Shown here in pieces: positions 19,228 to 26,059 of a DNA stretch of 34,023 nt. Under the pieces are notes generated by a model that had not been told where the DNA came from, ran no database searches, and worked only from the letters and a program-made list of their open reading frames with translations. Source of the DNA: Gemmatimonadales bacterium (GTDB lineage: Bacteria > Gemmatimonadota > Gemmatimonadetes > Gemmatimonadales > GWC2-71-9); assembly GCA_035700905.1 (NCBI GenBank), contig DASSOD010000158.1:1-34023 (forward strand), read 5' to 3'. The position numbers and the translations under genes were made by a program. Numbering within the stretch: position 1 is the first letter of the stretch; the number at the start of each line of letters is the position of its first letter.

Positions 19228-19824
19228 GTGACCGGATTCGCGATCGCCGCAGCCGCCCTCGGCATTGCGGCAGCCCAGGCCCCGGGCGCGCCGCGCCCTG
19301 CCGCGCCGCCCGCCTGCATCACCATGAACACGAAGAATCTCCCGCTCGCCACGCGGAAGAGCCCGCTCGACTCGGTGGCGTTGACCGTGGGCGGCACGGC
19401 CGTGAAGGTGTGCTACGGACGGCCCTCGCTGAACGGCCGCACCATGATCGGCGGCGAGGCCGTCCCGTACGGCCGGCTCTGGCGCACCGGCGCGAACGAG
19501 CCGACCATGATCCACGCGACCGGGCCGATCACGGTCGCCGGACTCAAGGTGCCGGCCGGCACCTACTCGCTCTACACGGTGCCCGGCCCGTCGGAGTGGG
19601 AGGTGATCGTCAACCGCTCGATCACCCAATGGGGCGAGGAGCACAACTACACGGACGAGGTGAAGGCGAAGGAGCTGGGGCGGGCCCGCGTGCCGGCGGA
19701 GAAGATCCGGAACAAGGTGGAGACGTTCACGATCCGGCCCGACCCGAGTGCATCCGCCGCCACGGCGCTGCTGCTCGAGTGGCAGAACACCCGGGTGCGC
19801 ATTCCGCTCGCCGCCGCCAAGTAA
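19228..19824 (+). CDS. Secreted DUF2911-family protein
   Basis: Signal-like VTGFAIAAAALGIAAAQA, then CYGRPSLNGRTMIGGEAVPYGRLWRTGANEPT...GLKVPAGTYSLYTVPGPSEWEVIVN...LEWQNTRVRIPL, which I recognise as the DUF2911 pattern. GTG 19228 is preceded by AAGGAG and lies 1 nt after the purK stop. Confidence 0.8.
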   Translation: MTGFAIAAAALGIAAAQAPGAPRPAAPPACITMNTKNLPLATRKSPLDSVALTVGGTAVKVCYGRPSLNGRTMIGGEAVPYGRLWRTGANEPTMIHATGPITVAGLKVPAGTYSLYTVPGPSEWEVIVNRSITQWGEEHNYTDEVKAKELGRARVPAEKIRNKVETFTIRPDPSASAATALLLEWQNTRVRIPLAAAK

Positions 19825-19825
19825 C

Positions 19826-19922
19826 GCCGCCGTTGGGCCTCGGGCCGCCGTGAAGCCCCGGGCCGCCGTGAAGCCCCGGGCCGCCGCTCAGTCTCGGGCC
19901 GCCGCTCAGTCTCGGGCCGCCG
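19826..19922. repeat. 18-bp-period tandem repeat block, core GCCGCCG / GGGCCGCCG
   Basis: GGGCCGCCGTGAAGCCCC twice (19842-19877), GGGCCGCCGCTCAGTCTC twice (19878-19913), a partial unit at 19914-19922 and a degenerate leading unit from 19826. Fills the convergent gap between the DUF2911 ORF and the aminotransferase and includes the stop codon of the latter. Confidence 0.9.
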
Positions 19923-21177
19923 CCTCGACGCCCTCGAGGAGCCGGTCCACCTCCTCCGCGGTCGTGTAGCAAGCGCATCCCGCGCGGACCAGGCCGGACG
20001 CCGCGCACCCGAGCCGCTCCACCACCGTCGCGGCGTAGAAGTCTCCGCTCGAGACGAACACCCCCCGCGCCGCGAGTGCTCGGGCGACGGCGGTCGAGTC
20101 CCGGCCGGACACGGTGAACGCGACCGTGGGCGTGCGCGGCCGGTCGGGGCCTGGTCCGTACCGACGTACCCCACCAATGGAACCCAGCCCGTTCCACAGG
20201 CGCTGGAGGAGCCTGCCCCCGCGTTCGTGCAGCGCGGAGTAGGCGGCGGATAGTCGCTCGCGCCGGCTCTCGCGGCCGCTCCCGCCCCGCCCCAGCGAGG
20301 CCAGAAACTCTACAGCTGTCGCTGCGCCCACGATCCCCTCGTGGTTCTGGGTGCCGGTCTCGAGCTTCTCCGGCGGCCCGTCCGGCGCCGGCGCGAGCTT
20401 GGGCACGTCCACCGCCTCCAGCAGCTCGCGCCGGCCCCAGAGGATTCCCACGTGGGGGCCGTAGAACTTGTACGCCGAGCAGGCCAGGAAATCGACGCCG
20501 AGGGCCCGCACGTCCGGCAGCACGTGAGGGGCATAGTGCACCGCGTCCAGGAAGGTGAGAGCGCCCACCGCGCGTGCGACCGACGCCACGGCGGCGGCGT
20601 CGGTGATCGTGCCGAGCGCATTGGATGCGCCCCCGACGGCTACGAGCCGCGTCCGGGGGCCGATGGCCCGCTCGAGCTCGGCCCAACGGAGCTCCCCCGA
20701 GACGGCGTCGAACGGCACCTGACGGACGGTGATGCCACGCTCGCGCTCGAGCCGGCGCCAGGGCGCCACGTTGGCGTGGTGGTCCAGCTCGGTCACCACC
20801 ACCTCGTCACCCGGGCCCCATGCCTGGCCCAGACCACGGGCCAGGTGGAACGTCAGGGTGGTCATGTTGGCCCCGAACGCGATCTCGTCCGGCGCCCCGT
20901 TCACGAAGTCAGCAAGGGTCTCTCGGGCATCGGCGAGGAGCGCGTCGGTCTCGATGCTGGTGGGGTAGGCCCAGTGGGTGTTGGCGTTGTGCCAGAGGAG
21001 GTAGTCGGTCACGGCGTCCGCCACCGCCCGAGGCACCTGGGTGCCGCCCGGGCCGTCGAAGTACGCAACCGGGACGCCCCCTTCCAAGCGCTCCAGCGCG
21101 GGGAAGGCGGCCCGCGCCTCCGCCACGAAGTCAGGGTCGAGCGCGCCCCGCGCCAAGCCTTCAGCCCTCATGCGCAC
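19906..21177 (-). CDS. Class-V aminotransferase / cysteine desulfurase-like protein (SufS-related subfamily)
   Basis: PLP-Lys context ACSAYKFYGPH; HHANVAPW; C-terminal RAGCACYTTAEEVDRL. The start is either GTG 21177 or ATG 21171. Confidence 0.88.
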   Translation of the reverse strand: MRMRAEGLARGALDPDFVAEARAAFPALERLEGGVPVAYFDGPGGTQVPRAVADAVTDYLLWHNANTHWAYPTSIETDALLADARETLADFVNGAPDEIAFGANMTTLTFHLARGLGQAWGPGDEVVVTELDHHANVAPWRRLERERGITVRQVPFDAVSGELRWAELERAIGPRTRLVAVGGASNALGTITDAAAVASVARAVGALTFLDAVHYAPHVLPDVRALGVDFLACSAYKFYGPHVGILWGRRELLEAVDVPKLAPAPDGPPEKLETGTQNHEGIVGAATAVEFLASLGRGGSGRESRRERLSAAYSALHERGGRLLQRLWNGLGSIGGVRRYGPGPDRPRTPTVAFTVSGRDSTAVARALAARGVFVSSGDFYAATVVERLGCAASGLVRAGCACYTTAEEVDRLLEGVEAAARD

Positions 21178-21252
21178 CGGCCTGGAGCCGGGCGCGAATC
21201 CCCGGAGAGATCAGGTGATGCATAAGCCTCTAAGTTCAGGTACTCTCACAAA

Positions 21253-21262
21253 TTACCGGTAA
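21253..21262. promoter_or_regulatory. Perfect 10-bp palindrome TTACCGGTAA in the AT-richer region upstream of the aminotransferase gene
   Basis: Seen directly. It lies about 80 nt upstream of the start codon in the least GC-rich stretch of the window. Function unknown. Confidence 0.2.
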
Positions 21263-21295
21263 CCTTATACGGCACCTGTACAACCGGCCGCAGAG

Positions 21296-21331
21296 CAAAA
21301 AGAGCGGGACGCCGATGCTGACGTCCCGCTC
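21296..21331 (-). terminator. Rho-independent terminator of ssrA
   Basis: Perfect 10-bp stem GAGCGGGACG (21302-21311) / CGTCCCGCTC (21322-21331) with a 10-nt loop, followed on the minus strand by UUUUU (A-run 21297-21301). It begins 3 nt after the tmRNA 3' end. Confidence 0.85.
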
Positions 21332-21333
21332 GA

Positions 21334-21694
21334 TGGAGGCGGAGGGAATCGAACCCTCGTCCGAGTAAGTCTCCAGAACCGCTTCTACGTGCGTAGGCTC
21401 GGCTTCTTGCCTTTGTCCCGGACCGGCGCCGCGCCGGCCTGCCCGGGGCTCGACTCCTGAGCTCTCATCCGGCGCGCCGGAGCTTCGCGTCGGACCAGTC
21501 CGGCTTTGCGATTCGGCGGTGGCGCCCCGGACGGGCTCCGCTCGCCGAAGGCGCGTAAAGCGAGCTCAGCTCAGCTTACGCAGCCAGTGCCAGTTCAGAG
21601 TTGGCAGTTGATACGTTCCAGACGGTTTTTCCAGGGATCTGGACCTGGGCACGCTACGATTCCTTCATCGAACCCGTCGAAACCAGTCGCCCCC
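21334..21694 (-). ncRNA. ssrA: tmRNA (transfer-messenger RNA)
   Basis: On the minus strand the 5' end reads GGGGGCGACUGGUUUCGACGGG... The 3' end reads ...GGACGAGGGUUCGAUUCCCUCCGCCUCCA (T-arm GAGGG/UUCGAUU/CCCUC). The acceptor stem GGGGGCG/CGCCUCC has a G3-U pair. About 361 nt. The 3' CCA is not encoded (next bases are UCG). An internal tag ORF is present. Confidence 0.93.
21576..21605 (-). other. tmRNA tag-peptide reading frame, predicted tag ANSELALAA
   Basis: GCC AAC UCU GAA CUG GCA CUG GCU GCG UAA on the minus strand. The Ala resume codon and the LALAA-type C-terminus are typical of degradation tags. The resume codon choice is an inference. Confidence 0.7.
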
Positions 21695-21790
21695 GGGTTA
21701 CGCCCCAATATAACCCCGTCCGGTTCCAGGAGGCGGCGACCCAGCCGGCTCGAGGCTGATCGAGGCCCCGGCGCCGCGGCGGGCGGCTCC

Positions 21791-23209
21791 CTAGCTCCGC
21801 CCCGCGGCCTCGACCCGATTTCGCCCGCTCCGCTTGGCCACGAAGAGCGCTGCATCGGCCTGCGCGTACAGGTTCTCGAGGCTCCGGCTGGTGTCCGGAC
21901 AGGCGGCCACCCCGAACGAGGCGCTGAGGGGCCAATGGCGGCCCTTCCAGTCCCAGGGCGTGGTCCCGAGCTTGATCCGGATCCGCTCAGCGATGCGGAT
22001 TCCGAGCTCCAGCGAGGCGTCCGGCAGCCAGATCGCGAACTCCTCCCCGCCGGTTCTGGCGGGGGTGTCGCCGGCGCGGACCTGCTCCCGGAGGATGCGC
22101 GCGAAGTGCACCAGCGCAGCGTCGCCCGCGGGGTGCCCCAGGGCGTCGTTCAGCTGCTTGAAGTTGTCCAGGTCGGCGAGGATCAGCGCCCCCCGGCGCA
22201 TGTCCTGCCGACGCATCACCTGGTCCAGCCCGCGGCGATGCGCCAGCGAGGTGAGCGGATCGATCGTCATCGCGCGCTTCGCCTGATCCGCCTCCAGCGC
22301 GCGGCGGAGCCGCGGCGCCGCCTCGGCCAAGGTCTCCAACAGCTCGGTACGCGCGGCTCCGATCGGCTCGATGCCGGACGGCAGGTGGATGGACACTGCG
22401 CCGACCACGTCACGGCCCAGTCCGATCGGCGCGAGGAGCGTCCGGCCCTGCCGCTGACGCCGGTCCGCTACCACCCCGCCGAGGGCGTCGCCCTCCGTCA
22501 GGGTGAGGCCGGCCGCCCCCGTGGCGACGCGCGCCAGCTCGCTGTCGGGCGGGAGCACGGCGTCGAGCGTACGCCGGTCGCCGAGCCCCGACACCCCGAC
22601 CACCCGTACGCCGGAGGGCTCCCGCGCCACCACCACGATCTCCGAGCCGACCGAGCGTTCCAGCTGGTAGGCCAGGCGCAGCCCAACGCTACCCACCGAC
22701 TCGAGCGCCGCCTCCTGGCTCCGCGCCTGCGCCAGCGCCACGATCTGCGGCCGCTGCCGGGCCCCCTCGAGCAGCCGGTCAAGGTCCCGCTCGGCGGCGC
22801 CGAGCGCGTCCACGCCGGCGGCGTCGGGAAGGAGCATGGCCACTGCGATGCCGGCGTGGGCGCGGTAGACCAACGTACCGCCGTCGATCCGCTCCCCTCC
22901 GCCCTGCTCCTGCTCGCGGGCTCGCTCGAGGCGGCGATCCACCGCGGCGATCTGCGCCACCGAGAGTTGCTCGGCGTCCACCACTCGCTCCGTGCGGGGT
23001 TCGTCCGTCTCGCCGGCCTCCTCGCTCACCCAGATCCCCAGCGCGCCGTGCGCCCGGCGGAGCCAGTCGAGCGCCGGATCGGGGAGGAGGTGCGGCCCAG
23101 CTGCGGGCCCGGTGTCGGATGCGATCCTGCGAGCGCGCCGTGCGGCGAGCCGGGCCGCGAACCATCCGGCCAACCCGCCCGCCACGAGGCCGGCCGCGAG
23201 CCCGATCAC
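21791..23209 (-). CDS. Membrane-anchored diguanylate cyclase (TM helix, unassigned region, GAF-like region, GGDEF)
   Basis: C-terminal GGDEF domain (ADLDNFKQLNDALGHPAGD, active site GGEEF, I-site RAGD 5 aa upstream). N-terminal helix VIGLAAGLVAGGLAGWFAARLAA. The proposed GTG start 23209 overlaps the larB stop (GTGA). The ORF-track extension to 23797 is out of frame over larB and is rejected. Confidence 0.85.
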   Translation of the reverse strand: MIGLAAGLVAGGLAGWFAARLAARRARRIASDTGPAAGPHLLPDPALDWLRRAHGALGIWVSEEAGETDEPRTERVVDAEQLSVAQIAAVDRRLERAREQEQGGGERIDGGTLVYRAHAGIAVAMLLPDAAGVDALGAAERDLDRLLEGARQRPQIVALAQARSQEAALESVGSVGLRLAYQLERSVGSEIVVVAREPSGVRVVGVSGLGDRRTLDAVLPPDSELARVATGAAGLTLTEGDALGGVVADRRQRQGRTLLAPIGLGRDVVGAVSIHLPSGIEPIGAARTELLETLAEAAPRLRRALEADQAKRAMTIDPLTSLAHRRGLDQVMRRQDMRRGALILADLDNFKQLNDALGHPAGDAALVHFARILREQVRAGDTPARTGGEEFAIWLPDASLELGIRIAERIRIKLGTTPWDWKGRHWPLSASFGVAACPDTSRSLENLYAQADAALFVAKRSGRNRVEAAGRS

Positions 23210-23961
23210 CGGTGGAGGATGCGGCTCGCGGCCGCGCCCGCCCCGAAGCCGTTGTCGATGTTGACCACGGTGACGCCCGCCGCGCACGAGTTGAGCATGG
23301 CGAGCAGCGCGGCGAGCCCGCCGAACGAGGCGCCGTACCCGACGCTCGTCGGCACGGCGATGACGGGCGCCGCCACGAGCCCGCCCACTACGCTCGGCAG
23401 CGCGCCTTCCATTCCCGCGGCCACGATGACCACGTCGGCTTGCTGCAGGCGATCGCCGGCGGCGAGCAGCCGATGCAGCCCGGCCACGCCGACGTCGGGC
23501 AGCCGCCCCGCGCGGTGCCCGAACGCCTCGACCGTGACCGCCGCCTCCTCCGCCACGGGCAGGTCGCTGGTGCCGGCGGACACGACCAGCACCGTGCCGG
23601 TTCGCGCTGCGTCGTCCGGTGGGGGCTCCGGAGGGAGGTACACGGTTCGGCCGAGCGCATTCCAGACGAGCCGAGGGTAGCGCACGCGAAGCGCGGCGGC
23701 CACCGCCTCGGTCGCGCGGGTGCCGAGGAATGACCCGGACGCCTGCGCCAGGCGGTCGCAGATCGCGACCACCTGCTCCACGGTCTTCCCCGCGCAAAAG
23801 ACCACCTCCGGCTGCCCCTGCCGGAGGGCGCGGTGGTGGTCCACGCGGGCGAACTCGAGATCTTCGAACGGGAGGTGCCGCAGCCGGTCGAGCGCGTCGG
23901 CGGGCGCGAGCCGGCCGCGCGCGACCTCGGCGAGGAGAGCCTGGAGCTGGGCGGGAGTCAC
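23206..23961 (-). CDS. larB: LarB-like NCAIR-mutase (PurE)-related protein (pyridinium-3,5-biscarboxylic acid mononucleotide synthase family)
   Basis: 251 aa. N-terminal helical part (LLAEVARGRL...DLEFARVDHHR), then a PurE-like core VLVVSAGTSDLPVAEEA...VVIVAAGMEGALPSVVGGL...PVIAVPTSVGYGASFGG. Size and layout match the LarB/COG1691 family. GTG start 23961 overlaps the dusB stop (GTGA). Confidence 0.8.
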   Translation of the reverse strand: MTPAQLQALLAEVARGRLAPADALDRLRHLPFEDLEFARVDHHRALRQGQPEVVFCAGKTVEQVVAICDRLAQASGSFLGTRATEAVAAALRVRYPRLVWNALGRTVYLPPEPPPDDAARTGTVLVVSAGTSDLPVAEEAAVTVEAFGHRAGRLPDVGVAGLHRLLAAGDRLQQADVVIVAAGMEGALPSVVGGLVAAPVIAVPTSVGYGASFGGLAALLAMLNSCAAGVTVVNIDNGFGAGAAASRILHR

Positions 23962-24941
23962 GCCACCTGCGCGACCGGTTCGAGATACTCGAGGAAGATC
24001 GCCTCGGCTTCGGCGATCGACTCGATCTGAAAGAGGCGCTGGCGCAGATCGCTCGCCCCGTGCAGCCCCTTGGTGTACCAGCCGAGGTGCTTGCGGAACT
24101 CGATCACGGTCTTGCGGGTGTCGCCCTGGAGCCGGAGGGCGAGCCGCGCGTGCTCCAGCGCGATTCGGAACCGTTCCTCCGCCCCGGGGGTGTTCGGCCT
24201 GGGCCGCCCGGCGAGCAGCGCCTGCGCGTCACGGAAGAGCCAGGGATTCCCGAACGATCCGCGCCCGATCATCGCCCCGGCGCACGCTGTGTGCGCCCGC
24301 ATCCGCACCACGTCCTTGGCGGTCTGGATATCGCCGTTGCCCAGGACCGGAATGTCGAGCGCCTCCACCACCCGGGCGATCTCGTCCCAATCGGCCCTGC
24401 CCGAGAACATCTGCGTGCGGGTGCGCGCGTGCAGCGTGAACGCGCGCGCGCCGGCGTCCTGCATCCGGAGCGCGATCGCCACCGGGTCCCGCTGCTCGTC
24501 GTTCCAGCCGCTTCGCGTCTTCACGGTGACCGGCAGGTGAGTCGCCCCGATCACCGCCCGGATGATGCGCGCCACGAGGTCCATGTCGCGCAGGCAACCC
24601 GAGCCGCCGTTCCGCTGCACCACCTTCTTCACCGGGCAGCCGAAGTTGATGTCGATGAACTCGGGCTGGTAGTGCTCGGTGATGAGGCCGGCGGCCTGCG
24701 CCATCGCGTTCGGATCGGCGCCGTAGATCTGGATGCCGATCGGCCGCTCGCATGGCTCGAATTCCGCGCCCTCGAGCGTGGTGCGGATCCGGCGTCGAAT
24801 CGCCTCGGACGAAAGAAACTCGGAGAGCACGACGTCGGCGCCCATCCGGCGGCAGATCTGGCGGAACGGCGCTTCCGAGACTCCGGCCATCGGGGCCAAG
24901 AGCAGCGGGAACGCGCTCCCGGTCGGATAGGGCAAGTGCAT
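23958..24941 (-). CDS. dusB: tRNA-dihydrouridine synthase (DusB/NifR3-like)
   Basis: 327 aa from ATG 24941. LLLAPMAGVSEAPFR, IDINFGCPVKKV, TVKTRSGW, HARTR, GNGDI, MIGRG motifs of the Dus family plus a C-terminal helical domain. The ORF-track extension to 25394 is rejected. Confidence 0.9.
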   Translation of the reverse strand: MHLPYPTGSAFPLLLAPMAGVSEAPFRQICRRMGADVVLSEFLSSEAIRRRIRTTLEGAEFEPCERPIGIQIYGADPNAMAQAAGLITEHYQPEFIDINFGCPVKKVVQRNGGSGCLRDMDLVARIIRAVIGATHLPVTVKTRSGWNDEQRDPVAIALRMQDAGARAFTLHARTRTQMFSGRADWDEIARVVEALDIPVLGNGDIQTAKDVVRMRAHTACAGAMIGRGSFGNPWLFRDAQALLAGRPRPNTPGAEERFRIALEHARLALRLQGDTRKTVIEFRKHLGWYTKGLHGASDLRQRLFQIESIAEAEAIFLEYLEPVAQVA

Positions 24942-24947
24942 GAGACG

Positions 24948-24976
24948 AAAATACTTGCCGCAGGATGCGCGGGCAA
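24948..24976 (-). promoter_or_regulatory. Candidate promoter for dusB-larB-DGC (TTGCCC - 17 nt - TATTTT on the minus strand), leaderless geometry
   Basis: Reverse complement of 24971-24976 is TTGCCC and of 24948-24953 is TATTTT. Only 6 nt separate the -10 from the A of the dusB ATG (24941), and there is no SD. Confidence 0.4.
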
Positions 24977-25000
24977 CTCGCGGGCTCCCGCGCCGCTCGT

Positions 25001-25030
25001 TTGACAGCCCCCTGCGGGGAGGCATAGCTT
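25001..25030 (+). promoter_or_regulatory. Candidate promoter for the EIIA(Ntr)-like gene and msrA (TTGACA - 18 nt - TAGCTT), leaderless geometry
   Basis: Perfect -35 at 25001-25006. The -10-like TAGCTT at 25025-25030 ends 8 nt before ATG 25039. No SD. Confidence 0.4.
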
Positions 25031-25038
25031 CGGGGCCC

Positions 25039-25491
25039 ATGCAGCTTCGGAACTTCCTCGACCCTGCCGCGGTTAAGCTCGCGCTCGACGCGACGCGGCG
25101 CGATGAGGCGCTGACCGAGCTGGTCGCGCTCTTGCGCCTCGATGGCGAGCGATCGATGGAGCTGGTCCGCGCGCTCGAGCGGCGCGAGCTGGCGGGTTCC
25201 ACCGGCGTCGGGCGGGGGGTCGCGATCCCGCACGCGCGATCCCCGCTGGTGGGCGAGCTCCGCCTGGCGTACGGCCGATCCCAGCCCGGCCTCGAGTTCC
25301 AGGCCCTCGACGCGAAGCCGGTCCACCACTTGTTCCTGATCGTGGCACCGCACCAGGAGCGGGCCAACCTGTATCTGCCGGTCCTCGGGCGCATTGCCGA
25401 GTTCGTGCGCGCGCCCGAGGTGCCGGCCCGACTATCGGCGATGACGGATCCGGCGGAGCTCTTCGAGCTGCTGGATGAAAGAGGTGTTTGA
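25039..25491 (+). CDS. PTS EIIA type-2 family protein (nitrogen-regulatory PtsN-like)
   Basis: 150 aa. GVGRGVAIPHAR phospho-His context and a HHLFLIVAP block, typical of EIIA(Ntr)/fructose-type EIIA. Confidence 0.8.
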   Translation: MQLRNFLDPAAVKLALDATRRDEALTELVALLRLDGERSMELVRALERRELAGSTGVGRGVAIPHARSPLVGELRLAYGRSQPGLEFQALDAKPVHHLFLIVAPHQERANLYLPVLGRIAEFVRAPEVPARLSAMTDPAELFELLDERGV

Positions 25492-26046
25492 ATGCCCGAG
25501 AGAAGACTGGAGCGCGCGACGCTCGCCGGCGGCTGCTTCTGGTGCGTCGAGGCCGTTCTGGAGCGGCTGCGCGGGGTGGAGCGCGTAATTTCCGGCTACA
25601 CCGGCGGGACCACTCCGGCACCGAGCTACGAGGCGGTGTGCACCGGGCGCACGGGCCATGCCGAGGCGGTCGAGGTCACCTTCGATCCGGACGAGGTGAG
25701 CTACCGCGAGCTGCTGGAGATCTTCTTCGCCTTTCACGATCCCACGACGCTGGACCGCCAGGGGCCGGACGTCGGCACCCAGTACCGCTCGGTGATCTTC
25801 ACTCACGGGCCGGAGCAGGAGCGCGTGGCGCGGGAGGTGATCGCGGACCTCGAGCGGCGGCGCGTGTTTCCCGCGCCCATCGTGACGCGGGTCGAGCCGG
25901 CCGGGGCATTCCACGCCGCGGAGGAGTACCACCAGAGCTACTTCCGGCGGAACCCCGAGCGAATGTACTGCCAGGCGATGATCGCGCCCAAGGTGGCCAA
26001 GCTGCGGCAGAAGTACGCCGAGCGGTTGAAGGCCGTCCCCGCCTAG
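25492..26046 (+). CDS. msrA: Peptide-methionine (S)-S-oxide reductase
   Basis: [12 protein letters not shown] active site, [23 protein letters not shown]. The start abuts the preceding stop (TGAATG). Confidence 0.95.
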   Translation: MPERRLERATLAGGCFWCVEAVLERLRGVERVISGYTGGTTPAPSYEAVCTGRTGHAEAVEVTFDPDEVSYRELLEIFFAFHDPTTLDRQGPDVGTQYRSVIFTHGPEQERVAREVIADLERRRVFPAPIVTRVEPAGAFHAAEEYHQSYFRRNPERMYCQAMIAPKVAKLRQKYAERLKAVPA

Positions 26047-26059
26047 CGAGGCACGCCCG

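Noticed and set aside
19826-19922. Possible CRISPR array.
   Set aside because: The units are 18 bp with no unique spacers, the array has only about 5-6 copies, and there are no cas genes. It is not CRISPR.
19748-19969. Plus-strand ORF translating the 18-bp repeats into PRAAVK PRAAVK ... AAQSR AAQSR, which could be taken for a repeat protein.
   Set aside because: It overlaps the DUF2911 3' end out of frame and also the aminotransferase 3' end. It has no SD or start context. The repeat is better explained as a DNA-level duplication in a convergent gap.
21178-21334. Genomic island or prophage integrated at the tmRNA 3' end.
   Set aside because: There is no integrase, no direct repeat of the tmRNA 3' segment, and the flanking genes are ordinary. 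Only a terminator and a promoter-like spacer follow ssrA.
21506-23680. 724-aa plus-strand ORF spanning the tmRNA gene and the antisense of the GGDEF and larB genes.
   Set aside because: The composition is artefactual. It overlaps a well-supported tmRNA and two minus-strand CDSs with clear domain motifs.
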